From sequence record NC_020077.1: a DNA stretch of 64,000 bases. One strand, given 5' to 3'. How positions within the stretch are numbered: the first letter of the stretch is position 1; every line of letters starts with the position of its first letter. The notes under the pieces are model-generated. The model was given only the letters and a program-made list of their open reading frames with translations, did not search any database and was not told the origin of the DNA. The translations under genes and the position numbers were made by a program. This document shows, one piece after another, positions 1 through 8,717 of this stretch.

Positions 1-1130
1 CTACCTTTTTCTTAGTCCTGCTATCCTCTTACGTTATACCACCCCTTTTTACGTAAATTTTACGTTTTCCCCTTATTTTGTATTAATAAAGTTTTTGGAA
101 AAATATTTCAAAGACAAATTTTATTTCAATTTTGATCAAAATTCGAATTGACGTGCCGACATTTTCATTTTTTTATACTTCTTCTTTTAAAATTTGGATT
201 AAAAGGAAAAACCTAACGTTAATTTAGGTAAATTTAGAGAAATTGTATTATTAATATTTCACTGAATTTAATTCTCGATTTCATGAGTGATTTCATAAAG
301 TATCTAATATACGATATTATTTCTATTCCTAATAAAAGTTTTTATGATATCAACTTTATATATTCATTTTGAATTTATATATTATCAATACGCTTTTCCT
401 ATTTTTTTATCAATACCTATAGTTTTTTGAATTCAAATAATAAAATTTTTGTGACATATAGTTATTTTCATAAATAATGATATATAGTTATTATTGAAAA
501 TAAGAATATCAATTATAAAAAGTTTTCATGATAATTATTATATCTATTTGATTTTGTAATTAATGATGATATCATTATTTCTAAAAATAGTTGATATAAT
601 AATTTTTATATTTAATTTTTTAAGTGAATAAGTTATAAAATTGTTTTCAAAAATTTTTACATTTTGTTTTTATAGTAATTATTATATCTAGTTTTTATTA
701 TAAATATATATAATTATGATATTATAATTTTTATAATAATTATTTTTTATTGTAAATATGATAATCATGAAATTAACTGATTTGAAAATATATCTCATTT
801 ATAATAAAAAATTCAAATTATATAATTTGAGTGAAATTGAAATTAAAATATGTATAAATGATAAAATTGAATTTTTATAATATCGATATTAAATTTTTTA
901 TCTTAACTTATATGAAAAAGTTTATATCAACTTAAATATGAAAATTCAATTTTCATATTTCAGATTATCAATATAGTTTCAATTTCACATATATTAAATA
1001 AATTCAAAGGTATAAATGTTATCAGATAAGTTTATACTTTTGTATTTATGTTTAATCATATCATTATCATGATATAAATAGTTTATAATATCACTTATTT
1101 TATAATGATAAATAAAAACTCGAAATTCCT
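1..1130. other. Very AT-rich non-coding region, candidate replication origin
   Basis: No ORF in the track; long A/T runs; perfect 16-bp palindrome AATTTTGATCAAAATT at 128-143; precedes about 35 kb of co-oriented plus-strand genes. Origin role is inference. Confidence 0.4.
1063..1121 (+). repeat. 59-bp upstream repeat, copy 1
   Basis: ATTATCATGATATAAATAGTTTATAATATCACTTATTTTATAATGATAAATAAAAACTC; recurs at 2388, 3450 and 4430. Confidence 0.9.
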
Positions 1131-1184
1131 ATCCCTTATTTACTTTCAAGTTAATCTAATGATCTATTGACTTAATCACGTAAA

Positions 1185-1208
1185 TTTCACGATGATAATA
1201 CCGTAAAT
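1185..1208 (+). promoter_or_regulatory. Class I operator palindrome, copy 1 (consensus TTTTACGG-N8-CCGTAAAA)
   Basis: TTTCACGA-TGATAATA-CCGTAAAT; TATA box TTTAAATA at 1222, 13 nt downstream. Confidence 0.8.
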
Positions 1209-1263
1209 GATTAGAAAAAGATTTAAATATCCCTTTTCATAAAAGATATATTAGGAGTAAAAT

Positions 1264-1749
1264 ATGGCCGCACCCGAATTAGAAAACCCCGCCCAGAATA
1301 ATGCGGGGGAAAATTCGAATGAAGTAAATCTTGAAGAAATAATAAAAATAATATACGAAATGCGTAAAATCAGGGAGACGCTAGAACAATTAAAGCAAGA
1401 AGATCTTAATAGCGTTAAAAAACTAATTGTAAAAATTGATAATCAAGTAAAAAAATTAAAACAATTAATTGATGAGCGTGATGATTTACCAGTCATGAAA
1501 ATGGATATTAGCAGTTTAGCTAATTTAACGCAAACTTTAGTTAATAAAATTGTTAATCAAGAAATTAAAATAGAAACTTTATTTTTATTAATTACAGATT
1601 TAGTAAAATTAGTAACTGAAATAAAAACTAAACTAGAAATTAAATACAATATCGATATGAGCGCGGAAGAGATATACAAACTAGCAAGAGATATAGCATA
1701 CGACGTGGATGATTTTATATATTTCTTATATTCTTATTTAAATAATTAA
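1264..1749 (+). CDS. Hypothetical coiled-coil protein with shared N-terminal leader
   Basis: 161 aa; GGAG RBS; heptad-like L/I/K/E pattern; leader MAAPELENPAQNNAG. Confidence 0.75.
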   Translation: MAAPELENPAQNNAGENSNEVNLEEIIKIIYEMRKIRETLEQLKQEDLNSVKKLIVKIDNQVKKLKQLIDERDDLPVMKMDISSLANLTQTLVNKIVNQEIKIETLFLLITDLVKLVTEIKTKLEIKYNIDMSAEEIYKLARDIAYDVDDFIYFLYSYLNN

Positions 1750-1750
1750 A

Positions 1751-1803
1751 CTTTTTTTTTATTTTTGTTTTATACTTTTTCTAAACTTTTTATTATGTTA
1801 TTT
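1751..1803 (+). terminator. T-rich terminator-like repeat, also at about 2984-3041
   Basis: TTTTATTTTTGTTTTATACTTTTTCTAAACTTTTTATT follows both ORF1264 and ORF2589. Confidence 0.6.
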
Positions 1804-1825
1804 TAATTTTATTATGTTATTATAA

Positions 1826-2300
1826 TGTAATGCCGCCCGGCCATTATATCATTATTATATATTGTAATTTTGCCGCAGGCCCATCGCCGCATTTTACATT
1901 ATTATTATATTATACGGGCCCGCCGCCCCGCCATTATTCATTATATAATATTATAATTGCCGCCCCCGCCGCCTATAATTCATTATAATAATATATAATA
2001 ATGAATATGCCGCCGCCTAATCATTATTATAATGTAATGCTGGCCCGCCGCATTTAACATATATTATAATATAATAATGAATATGCCGCAGGCCGGCCCA
2101 TTATTCATTATTATATTATAATTGCCGCAGGCCTTTATCATTATTATAATAATGCCGCCGCCGGCCTGCCGCCGCATTAATCATTATATTATAATAATAA
2201 AATGTATAACTAATATTCATTATTATATATTATATATTGAATATGCCGCCGCGCCTATGCCGCAGGCCCGCCGCCGCCCTAATTACATTATTATAATATA
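1826..2300 (+). repeat. AT/GC mosaic satellite, block 1
   Basis: About 10 GC-rich islands (GCCGC, GCCGCAGGCC) separated by nearly pure A/T spacers such as CATTATTATAAT. Confidence 0.85.
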
Positions 2301-2387
2301 ATGAATAACTAATCTACAATATTCATTATATCAATTATAAAATTACATATATACACTTAATTCTTTTACTTATACTTTTTGTATAAT

Positions 2388-2446
2388 ATTATCATGATAT
2401 AAATAGTTTATAATATCACTTATTCTATAATGATAAATAAAAACTC
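2388..2446 (+). repeat. 59-bp upstream repeat, copy 2
   Basis: One mismatch to copy 1. Confidence 0.9.
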
Positions 2447-2509
2447 AAATCTAGTATTGATTTGAATTCCCTTAATTCTTTTAATTTACGCTATTGATAA
2501 TCACGTAAA

Positions 2510-2533
2510 CTTTACGGTGATAATACCGTTAAT
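2510..2533 (+). promoter_or_regulatory. Class I operator, copy 2
   Basis: CTTTACGG-TGATAATA-CCGTTAAT; TTTAAATA at 2547. Confidence 0.85.
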
Positions 2534-2588
2534 CATTAACAAAAGCTTTAAATACCCCTTTTCATAAATAGGTATTTAGGGGTAAAAA

Positions 2589-2981
2589 ATGGCCGCACAA
2601 CCCTTAACTCAAATCCCCGCGTCAAATGCGGGGGTAAAAGTTGATGAATTTTTTGATGAAAAAGAATTAATTAAAATCGCGAGCAGATTAGGGCCTGTAC
2701 AGAAAAAAGTACTAAAAGCACTAGCGCAGAGCGGCGGGAAAATGATGATGCAACATGACTTTAGGACCTGGGGGCAAAAAACTATAGCAGGCATCGTGGG
2801 CGGCGTAAATGCGGAATACCGCGCCTTAAACACGAGAAAACTATGCGAAGCGCTGGAGAGGAAGGGGCTAGTGACAATAACGATTGAAAAATGCCCTAAC
2901 CACCCTAAATATAATAAAAAATTTGTATATTTAACACCAAAAGGATATAAAATAGTAGAAATAATTTCTCAAAACGAATAA
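2589..2981 (+). CDS. Winged helix-turn-helix (MarR-like) protein with shared leader
   Basis: LGPVQKKVLKAL ... LCEALERKGLV ... FVYLTPKG pattern is typical of wHTH proteins. Confidence 0.7.
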   Translation: MAAQPLTQIPASNAGVKVDEFFDEKELIKIASRLGPVQKKVLKALAQSGGKMMMQHDFRTWGQKTIAGIVGGVNAEYRALNTRKLCEALERKGLVTITIEKCPNHPKYNKKFVYLTPKGYKIVEIISQNE

Positions 2982-3044
2982 AGTTTTTTTTTTAATTTTA
3001 TTTTTGTTTTATACTTTTTCTAAACTTTTTATTTTGTTATTATA

Positions 3045-3330
3045 CTTATGCCGCCGGCCGCCTTTATCATTATTATATTATAATATAATGATAATGGCCG
3101 CGCCCCCGCCGCCGGCCTGCCGCCGCACTTTACATTATATATAATATGCCGCCGGCCTTTATCATTATTATTTATTATATATAATGTATAACTAATATTC
3201 ATCATTATTATAATATGCCGCAGGCCCGCCGCCGCCCTAATTACATTATTATAATAATATATGCCGCAGGCCGGCATTTAATTATTATAATATATGCCGC
3301 GCCTATGCCGCCATCGCCGCACTTAACATT
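3045..3330 (+). repeat. AT/GC mosaic satellite, block 2
   Basis: Shares blocks with block 1, e.g. ATGCCGCAGGCCCGCCGCCGCCCTAATTACATTATTATAAT and AATGTATAACTAATATTCAT. Confidence 0.85.
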
Positions 3331-3449
3331 ATTATAATGAATATAATAATTAATAATTAATATACATTATATATTATATTTTATAAATATGATAAATACG
3401 CGTTTTACCCCCTAATACTTATACTTTTGTAAATTACTTTATGCATATC

Positions 3450-3508
3450 ATTATCATGATATAAATAGTTTATAACTACATTTATTCTATAATGATAAAT
3501 AAAAACTC
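3450..3508 (+). repeat. 59-bp upstream repeat, copy 3
   Basis: About 4 mismatches to copy 2. Confidence 0.9.
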
Positions 3509-3581
3509 AAATCTAGTATTGATTTGAATTCCCTTAACTATTTCAATTCACTCTATTGATTCATTTCCTTAACTACGTAAA

Positions 3582-3605
3582 TTTTACGGTAATAATGCCG
3601 TAAAA
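3582..3605 (+). promoter_or_regulatory. Class I operator, copy 3 (perfect arms)
   Basis: TTTTACGG-TAATAATG-CCGTAAAA; TTTAAATA at 3619. Confidence 0.9.
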
Positions 3606-3662
3606 GTTAAACAAAAGATTTAAATACCTCTTTTTACTAAAATTATACTTGAGGGTTAAGAA

Positions 3663-4103
3663 ATGGCCGCACCCCTTAACCCAACCCCCGCGGCAAATGC
3701 GGGGGATAAAATTGAAAAAATAAAACAAATCGCAAAAATAATATATCCATATATATATACTAGCGATAATGAATTTAGCGAAACGGATGCAGAAGATTTA
3801 GAAAGAGAGTTACAATATTTACCAAAAATTATAAACTTATTGGAATGGGCATTAAAGAATGTAAATAAGGTCGAAATAAGCGCAAGTGATGAGTTAAAGT
3901 TTTACGATAAAAAAACGGGCTATGCATTGTATATAACGTTAGCTAAAGGGCGCGGAGCGCAAACGGAAGTAGTAGTTTACCCTGACGCAAATACGATATA
4001 CGTTTTAGTATTTAAAGCGCCCGTATTGAAAATATTGAAAAGGGCTAAAAAGGCACTAGAGGATGCGCTAAAAAGATATACAAAAGCGCAACAAATCTTA
4101 TAA
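3663..4103 (+). CDS. Hypothetical protein with shared leader
   Basis: 146 aa; GAGGG RBS; leader MAAPLNPTPAANAG. Confidence 0.75.
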   Translation: MAAPLNPTPAANAGDKIEKIKQIAKIIYPYIYTSDNEFSETDAEDLERELQYLPKIINLLEWALKNVNKVEISASDELKFYDKKTGYALYITLAKGRGAQTEVVVYPDANTIYVLVFKAPVLKILKRAKKALEDALKRYTKAQQIL

Positions 4104-4124
4104 GATATAACATTTTTTTATTTA

Positions 4125-4350
4125 ATATATGCCGCAGGCCGCGGCATAAACAAACAAATAGTTATAAAAATACCGCCGCTTGCGGCCCGGCGGCGGGCGG
4201 GTTAACAAAAACAAATAATTGATAAACAAATACCGCCCGCCGGCTTATTCTTTTATTTATTAGTTATATAATATTATTATCCCATTTTTTAATGCGCTTT
4301 TATCCCCCATTTTTTATATACTTTAATTATGAATATGCCGCAGGCCGCCC
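4125..4350 (+). repeat. AT/GC mosaic satellite, block 3 (degenerate)
   Basis: AATATGCCGCAGGCC twice; GC hairpin CCGCCG-N9-CGGCGG. Confidence 0.7.
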
Positions 4351-4429
4351 TTTACATTGTATAATATAATGAATAATGCGCTTAATCCCCCGTTTTACTT
4401 ATACTTTTGTATTTAAATTTAAGTATAAC

Positions 4430-4488
4430 GTTATACTGATATAATCACTTTATAACTACATTTATTTTATAATGATTAATAAAAACTC
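4430..4488 (+). repeat. 59-bp upstream repeat, copy 4 (degenerate)
   Basis: 3' half TTTATAACTACATTTATTTTATAATGATTAATAAAAACTC is conserved. Confidence 0.8.
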
Positions 4489-4550
4489 AAAACTACTATT
4501 GGCCAAATCGCCCTTAACTATTTCAATTAGTATATTGATAATCACGTAAA

Positions 4551-4574
4551 TTTCACGGGGATAATGCCGTAAAA
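4551..4574 (+). promoter_or_regulatory. Class I operator, copy 4
   Basis: TTTCACGG-GGATAATG-CCGTAAAA; TTTAAATA at 4588. Confidence 0.85.
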
Positions 4575-4628
4575 AAGGACAGAAAGCTTTAAATACTTCT
4601 TTTAACAAAAGTATATTTGTGGGTAAAA

Positions 4629-5564
4629 ATGTCACAACCCCTAAACCAAACCCCTGCCCAAATGGAGGGGGAAATTAAAAAACAACACATAAAAATATAC
4701 GAGTTTACAAAACAATTGAAAGGGCTAGTAATTGAAAGAGTAAAGTCAAAGCTAGGAGTTATTATTAATGATAATACAGAAGAAATTAATGAATTAATAG
4801 ATATTAATACTGAAGAACTAACGGACACTATAACTAAGTACATAGTACTATTACAAGATCACGTGGAGGATTACGAGACCTGGAGATGGGTTGAGCCAGT
4901 GGATCACCTATTATATTTATCTCAAATGAAGGCAAAACTTGAAGTAAATACTATATTAAGCAAAAATGAAACGAGAAAGGTAAGGCAGAAATTAGCTAAA
5001 TTAGAAGAAAAGATATATAAAACTATAGGCTTAATATATGCCGTAATTTGTAGTGAGAAAAGCGGCAGATTAAATATAATACAGGAGATAATTAATAATA
5101 ACGTAGAGACACGTTTTAACAACGTTATTAGCGATATTGACGCGTTATTAACCAAGCTAGAAAATGTAAATATAAGTGATGAAGCTACAAAAATGCTTAT
5201 TAATAATATAATTAGCACAGCTAAGCAACTTAAAGAAGAAGTAGTAAAGTTAAGAAGTGAAGGAGTAAAAATAGCAAGTATTAACGAAATAGTACTATTT
5301 ATAAAGAAGCTTAACGAATTATTAGCACAAAGCGCATTAATTTCTACTCTAGCTAATTTGATTTACGTAAAAGATAAACAGGTATATGAGCAGTTATTTG
5401 GGCAGCGAAGTTTACTGAATTCGGCGGACAATGCTTATCACTCTTTATTTAAAGTTTTAAAAGATATTAGTAGCAGTTATATTGAAGGATATGAACATAT
5501 AAAGCAAGCTTGCGCAGATAAAACATACGCAGAATATTACACAACAGTATGCAGTGATGAATGA
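4629..5564 (+). CDS. Hypothetical all-alpha protein with shared leader (start moved to ATG 4629)
   Basis: GTGGGT RBS before the ATG; leader MSQPLNQTPAQMEG. Confidence 0.8.
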   Translation: MSQPLNQTPAQMEGEIKKQHIKIYEFTKQLKGLVIERVKSKLGVIINDNTEEINELIDINTEELTDTITKYIVLLQDHVEDYETWRWVEPVDHLLYLSQMKAKLEVNTILSKNETRKVRQKLAKLEEKIYKTIGLIYAVICSEKSGRLNIIQEIINNNVETRFNNVISDIDALLTKLENVNISDEATKMLINNIISTAKQLKEEVVKLRSEGVKIASINEIVLFIKKLNELLAQSALISTLANLIYVKDKQVYEQLFGQRSLLNSADNAYHSLFKVLKDISSSYIEGYEHIKQACADKTYAEYYTTVCSDE

Positions 5565-5923
5565 TGAAAGAAATGAAAAAAGAAGTAAAACTACTTAAAA
5601 AATTAGATAAACAAGCATTTAAGATAGTACTATTATTATATAAAGCAGAGCCTGGTAATCAAAAGCGGCGTGAACTATTGTCGCACTATTATAACGCGCA
5701 TTTAGCTGTAATGCATAGTGACGAGCTTATTTGTAAAAAAATATACGATAACTTATTTATTTACAGCGTTCTGGGGAACGTTATAAAAGCGTTAGAAGGG
5801 GCACTATACTATGCTAACGATATACAAAATTATCATGCGGAGATATTAGCAAAAATTCTAAAGGAAATGTTAGACATTTTACAAAAAATACAAACAATAA
5901 AACTAGAGATTATCGCGGAATAA
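5561..5923 (+). CDS. Hypothetical helical protein
   Basis: 120 aa; ATGA overlap with the upstream stop suggests translational coupling. Confidence 0.7.
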   Translation: MMKEMKKEVKLLKKLDKQAFKIVLLLYKAEPGNQKRRELLSHYYNAHLAVMHSDELICKKIYDNLFIYSVLGNVIKALEGALYYANDIQNYHAEILAKILKEMLDILQKIQTIKLEIIAE

Positions 5924-6058
5924 CGCGTTACTTTAGTAGCAGATTTTTACATGCTTATTTTTTACATTCTTATGCTTTTTGATACGAAATTATTTATAAT
6001 CTATTAATATAATACTGACCTTAATTTAGACAGGGGATTTCTGCCCTTAACGCCCTTA

Positions 6059-6082
6059 TTTTACGGCTATATTACCGTAAAA
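6059..6082 (+). promoter_or_regulatory. Class I operator, copy 5 (perfect arms)
   Basis: TTTTACGG-CTATATTA-CCGTAAAA; TTTAAATA at 6096. Confidence 0.9.
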
Positions 6083-6143
6083 ATCGAGAGAAAGCTTTAA
6101 ATATCTCTTTTACTAATATATAATTAGGGGGTGAAAATCAAAA

Positions 6144-6689
6144 ATGATCGAACCTTTACGTGAATTATTTAAACATTTTAAGGAAGAAAGTGAAAAAATA
6201 AGGGAAGAGTTGGCAAGGGAGAGCGAAGAAGTTAACGTACTGATGAAAACTGATGATGAAAAAATTAAAGAAAAAATAACAGAATTATACAATACAATTG
6301 TTACGCAGGACGCATTACAGCCTGGCTTAACTAAGCTGTATGATACAATAATTGATTATGCGAGGCAACTTGACGATAAAAAGGCGTCATTTATACTTAA
6401 CGCGTTTCACAATAAAATTTACATTACGAAAGCAGATATACAAGAAACGCTAAAGGAAATGTATAATGTCGTTAATGGCAAAACGAAAAAGAAGGATAGC
6501 AAAAACGAGTTATTAATGTTGACTATTAACTTGTTTAAACATTATGCGGCGATGAAATCGCTAACGTTAATTTTATGCGACATTAAAGACTTACGCGAGA
6601 GTGAAGCCTGCAGAATTAACGCGGAGAGTAATAATAAGCTAAAGGATAATATACAGTATTTGCTAGATTTATTGCTGCACAAAAGTTAA
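6144..6689 (+). CDS. Helical protein, paralog of ORF6710
   Basis: IKEKITELYN ... TLKEMYNVVNGK ... LTINLFKHY aligns with ORF6710. Confidence 0.8.
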   Translation: MIEPLRELFKHFKEESEKIREELARESEEVNVLMKTDDEKIKEKITELYNTIVTQDALQPGLTKLYDTIIDYARQLDDKKASFILNAFHNKIYITKADIQETLKEMYNVVNGKTKKKDSKNELLMLTINLFKHYAAMKSLTLILCDIKDLRESEACRINAESNNKLKDNIQYLLDLLLHKS

Positions 6690-6709
6690 ATTTAATTAGG
6701 TGGGTCAAA

Positions 6710-7267
6710 ATGTCTGATCCCATAAATCAAATGATTGAATATCTTGAGCAGGAAATAAGAGGAATGCAAGAGAGGCGAAAACAAGAAGAGAAAGAAGAAC
6801 GTAAAAGAATAAGGCAAGAGAGGCAGGAAGAAATTAAAGAAAAAATAACGAAATTGTATAATATAATTGTAAAAGAAGATTTACTAGGAGTCAATTTAAA
6901 TAAGCTGTATAATGTAGTTGAAGACTACGCTAAAGAGATTGATAGTGAGACGGCAAGTAAAGCGTTTATGAATCTGATAGCGGCGATGGAAACTGCGCGA
7001 GAGAATATGCAAAAAACGCTAAAGGAAATGTATGATATTGCGAATGGTAAAAAGAAGAATAGCAAAAATAAACTATTAGTACTAACTATTAACTTGTTTA
7101 AGCAGTATGGCATAATAAGGGCATTATATGATTCCCTGGACCGTTTTAGCAAAATACGCAAAAGTGAGGTTTATAATGATACGGGAGATAAAAGCCTGAG
7201 GACGTTGTTACATATCACACTAAATAGTAGTTTAAAGTTCTTGCTAGAGTTACTAATCGAAAGGTAA
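6710..7267 (+). CDS. Helical protein, paralog of ORF6144
   Basis: IKEKITKLYN ... TLKEMYDIANGK ... LTINLFKQY; GGTGG RBS. Confidence 0.8.
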   Translation: MSDPINQMIEYLEQEIRGMQERRKQEEKEERKRIRQERQEEIKEKITKLYNIIVKEDLLGVNLNKLYNVVEDYAKEIDSETASKAFMNLIAAMETARENMQKTLKEMYDIANGKKKNSKNKLLVLTINLFKQYGIIRALYDSLDRFSKIRKSEVYNDTGDKSLRTLLHITLNSSLKFLLELLIER

Positions 7268-7461
7268 GGAGGTGAGAGAATGGAAGGGGGTTTCAGTCAC
7301 AAATATGTTAACACCTGCTTATGAGGCATTAATTGTGGACTCGGCCCCTTACTTTATGCTTTTTTGGTTCGGTTTCTATATTATGGTTATGTAATTATTC
7401 TTAACTTATTTCCATAATATCTGACGATTTTTAGGAAATGGTTTGTCTTTTTATGACCTTA

Positions 7462-7485
7462 TTTTACGGGGATACTACCGTGAAA
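7462..7485 (+). promoter_or_regulatory. Class I operator, copy 6
   Basis: TTTTACGG-GGATACTA-CCGTGAAA; TTTAAATA at 7499. Confidence 0.85.
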
Positions 7486-7538
7486 AAGGACAGAAAACTT
7501 TAAATACATCTTTTACTAATATTTAATTGTGGGTAAAA

Positions 7539-8492
7539 ATGTCACAACCCCTAAACCAAACCCCCGCTCCACAAGATGCGGGGGATAAATTGGATGAATT
7601 AAAAGAAAAAATAAAAGAATATATAGAAGATTTGGAAGATCTATCACATGAGTACGACCTACCCGATTTCGCTGCTGATGACTTGCGCGCAGAGCTAGAA
7701 TACATAAGTAAAGAAGCAAATAACGCAGATCTGGCAAAAAGCGTTAAAGAAGTAGTAGAATTAATGGCAAATGCGCTAGATGAGCAAGTAGAGAAAGCGC
7801 TAGAGAATGGCAAGGCATTACGGAACTCTTATGATAATAACAAAATTAGCGATATGTTTAAGAGCGCAGTAAAAATTTACGCAAACTTAAAAACAATAAA
7901 TACAATAGTAGAATATCTAAAGCAATATGTTAAGGTATTAGGCATTACGGAGGCAAATTTAGAAAGGTTTACACAAGAGGCTGGAAGCATTATAGCTATA
8001 CTAGCAAATCACATAGCGCAACATGTTAAACTTAGCGAAGACGATGCAAGAGATTTAGAAAACGACCTGATATATTACCACGATCTAGCAGAAAACTGGA
8101 CTGATATTGAGGATGCTCTTGAGGAAATTGAGTATGATTTAGAAAACGACACAGAGTTTAAGCGTGGAACGTATAAGGCCTTGATGAAGGTTTTGAATGC
8201 AATGCGGGAGCACCATGATAAAGGAGTAGGTTATGGGAACGGCGCGGATGAAATAGTATATGACGCATACGATTCGGACGAAGATGAATATAAGCCTGAC
8301 GAAATAGACACGGAAACACTATTACTAAACCTGGCGGAAACTTACGCACACTTTATAGCACTACAAGCACTTTACGACAACATAATGAGCGAGTATATAA
8401 GTAATGAAAAATTAGAAGATGCAACGAAAAAAGCAATAAATAGGGCAAAAGATGCACAAGAAATCATTTTAAGCAGCTATAATAGCAACTAA
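7539..8492 (+). CDS. Acidic helical protein, paralog family with 8718 and 12468 (start moved to ATG 7539)
   Basis: Leader MSQPLNQTPAPQDAG; motifs AVKIYANL and LAETYAHFIALQALYD. Confidence 0.85.
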   Translation: MSQPLNQTPAPQDAGDKLDELKEKIKEYIEDLEDLSHEYDLPDFAADDLRAELEYISKEANNADLAKSVKEVVELMANALDEQVEKALENGKALRNSYDNNKISDMFKSAVKIYANLKTINTIVEYLKQYVKVLGITEANLERFTQEAGSIIAILANHIAQHVKLSEDDARDLENDLIYYHDLAENWTDIEDALEEIEYDLENDTEFKRGTYKALMKVLNAMREHHDKGVGYGNGADEIVYDAYDSDEDEYKPDEIDTETLLLNLAETYAHFIALQALYDNIMSEYISNEKLEDATKKAINRAKDAQEIILSSYNSN

Positions 8493-8636
8493 ACGTTTTT
8501 TCTTTTTTAGTACCCTTTTTAAAGTTTTTATTGTTAATATTATAACGGCCTACTACTTAACATATCATTATTTTTAAATTAGGGCCATGATAGTTTACGG
8601 TTTTTAGCTAAGGGATTCTGGCCTTTAACGCCCTTA

Positions 8637-8660
8637 TTTTACGGGGATACTGCCGTTAAA
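8637..8660 (+). promoter_or_regulatory. Class I operator, copy 7
   Basis: TTTTACGG-GGATACTG-CCGTTAAA; TTTAAATA at 8674. Confidence 0.85.
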
Positions 8661-8717
8661 AATGAGAGAAAACTTTAAATACCTCTTTTACCTATAGTTA
8701 TATTGAGGGTGAAAAAA

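Noticed and set aside
3029-3277. 82-aa minus-strand ORF
   Set aside because: Low-complexity translation of the AT/GC satellite, with no promoter or RBS.
1826-4350. CRISPR array in the AT/GC mosaic
   Set aside because: The repeated units vary in length and sequence, and the intervening DNA is low-complexity A/T rather than unique 35-45 nt spacers.
4511-4543. Solitary CRISPR-repeat-like sequence (minus strand GATTATCAATATACTAATTGAAAT, weaker versions upstream of other cassettes) as an RNA anti-CRISPR
   Set aside because: Only about 15/24 matches to Sulfolobales repeats as recalled, in very AT-rich DNA and inside the conserved promoter-upstream element. Not supportable without a CRISPR database search and small-RNA data.
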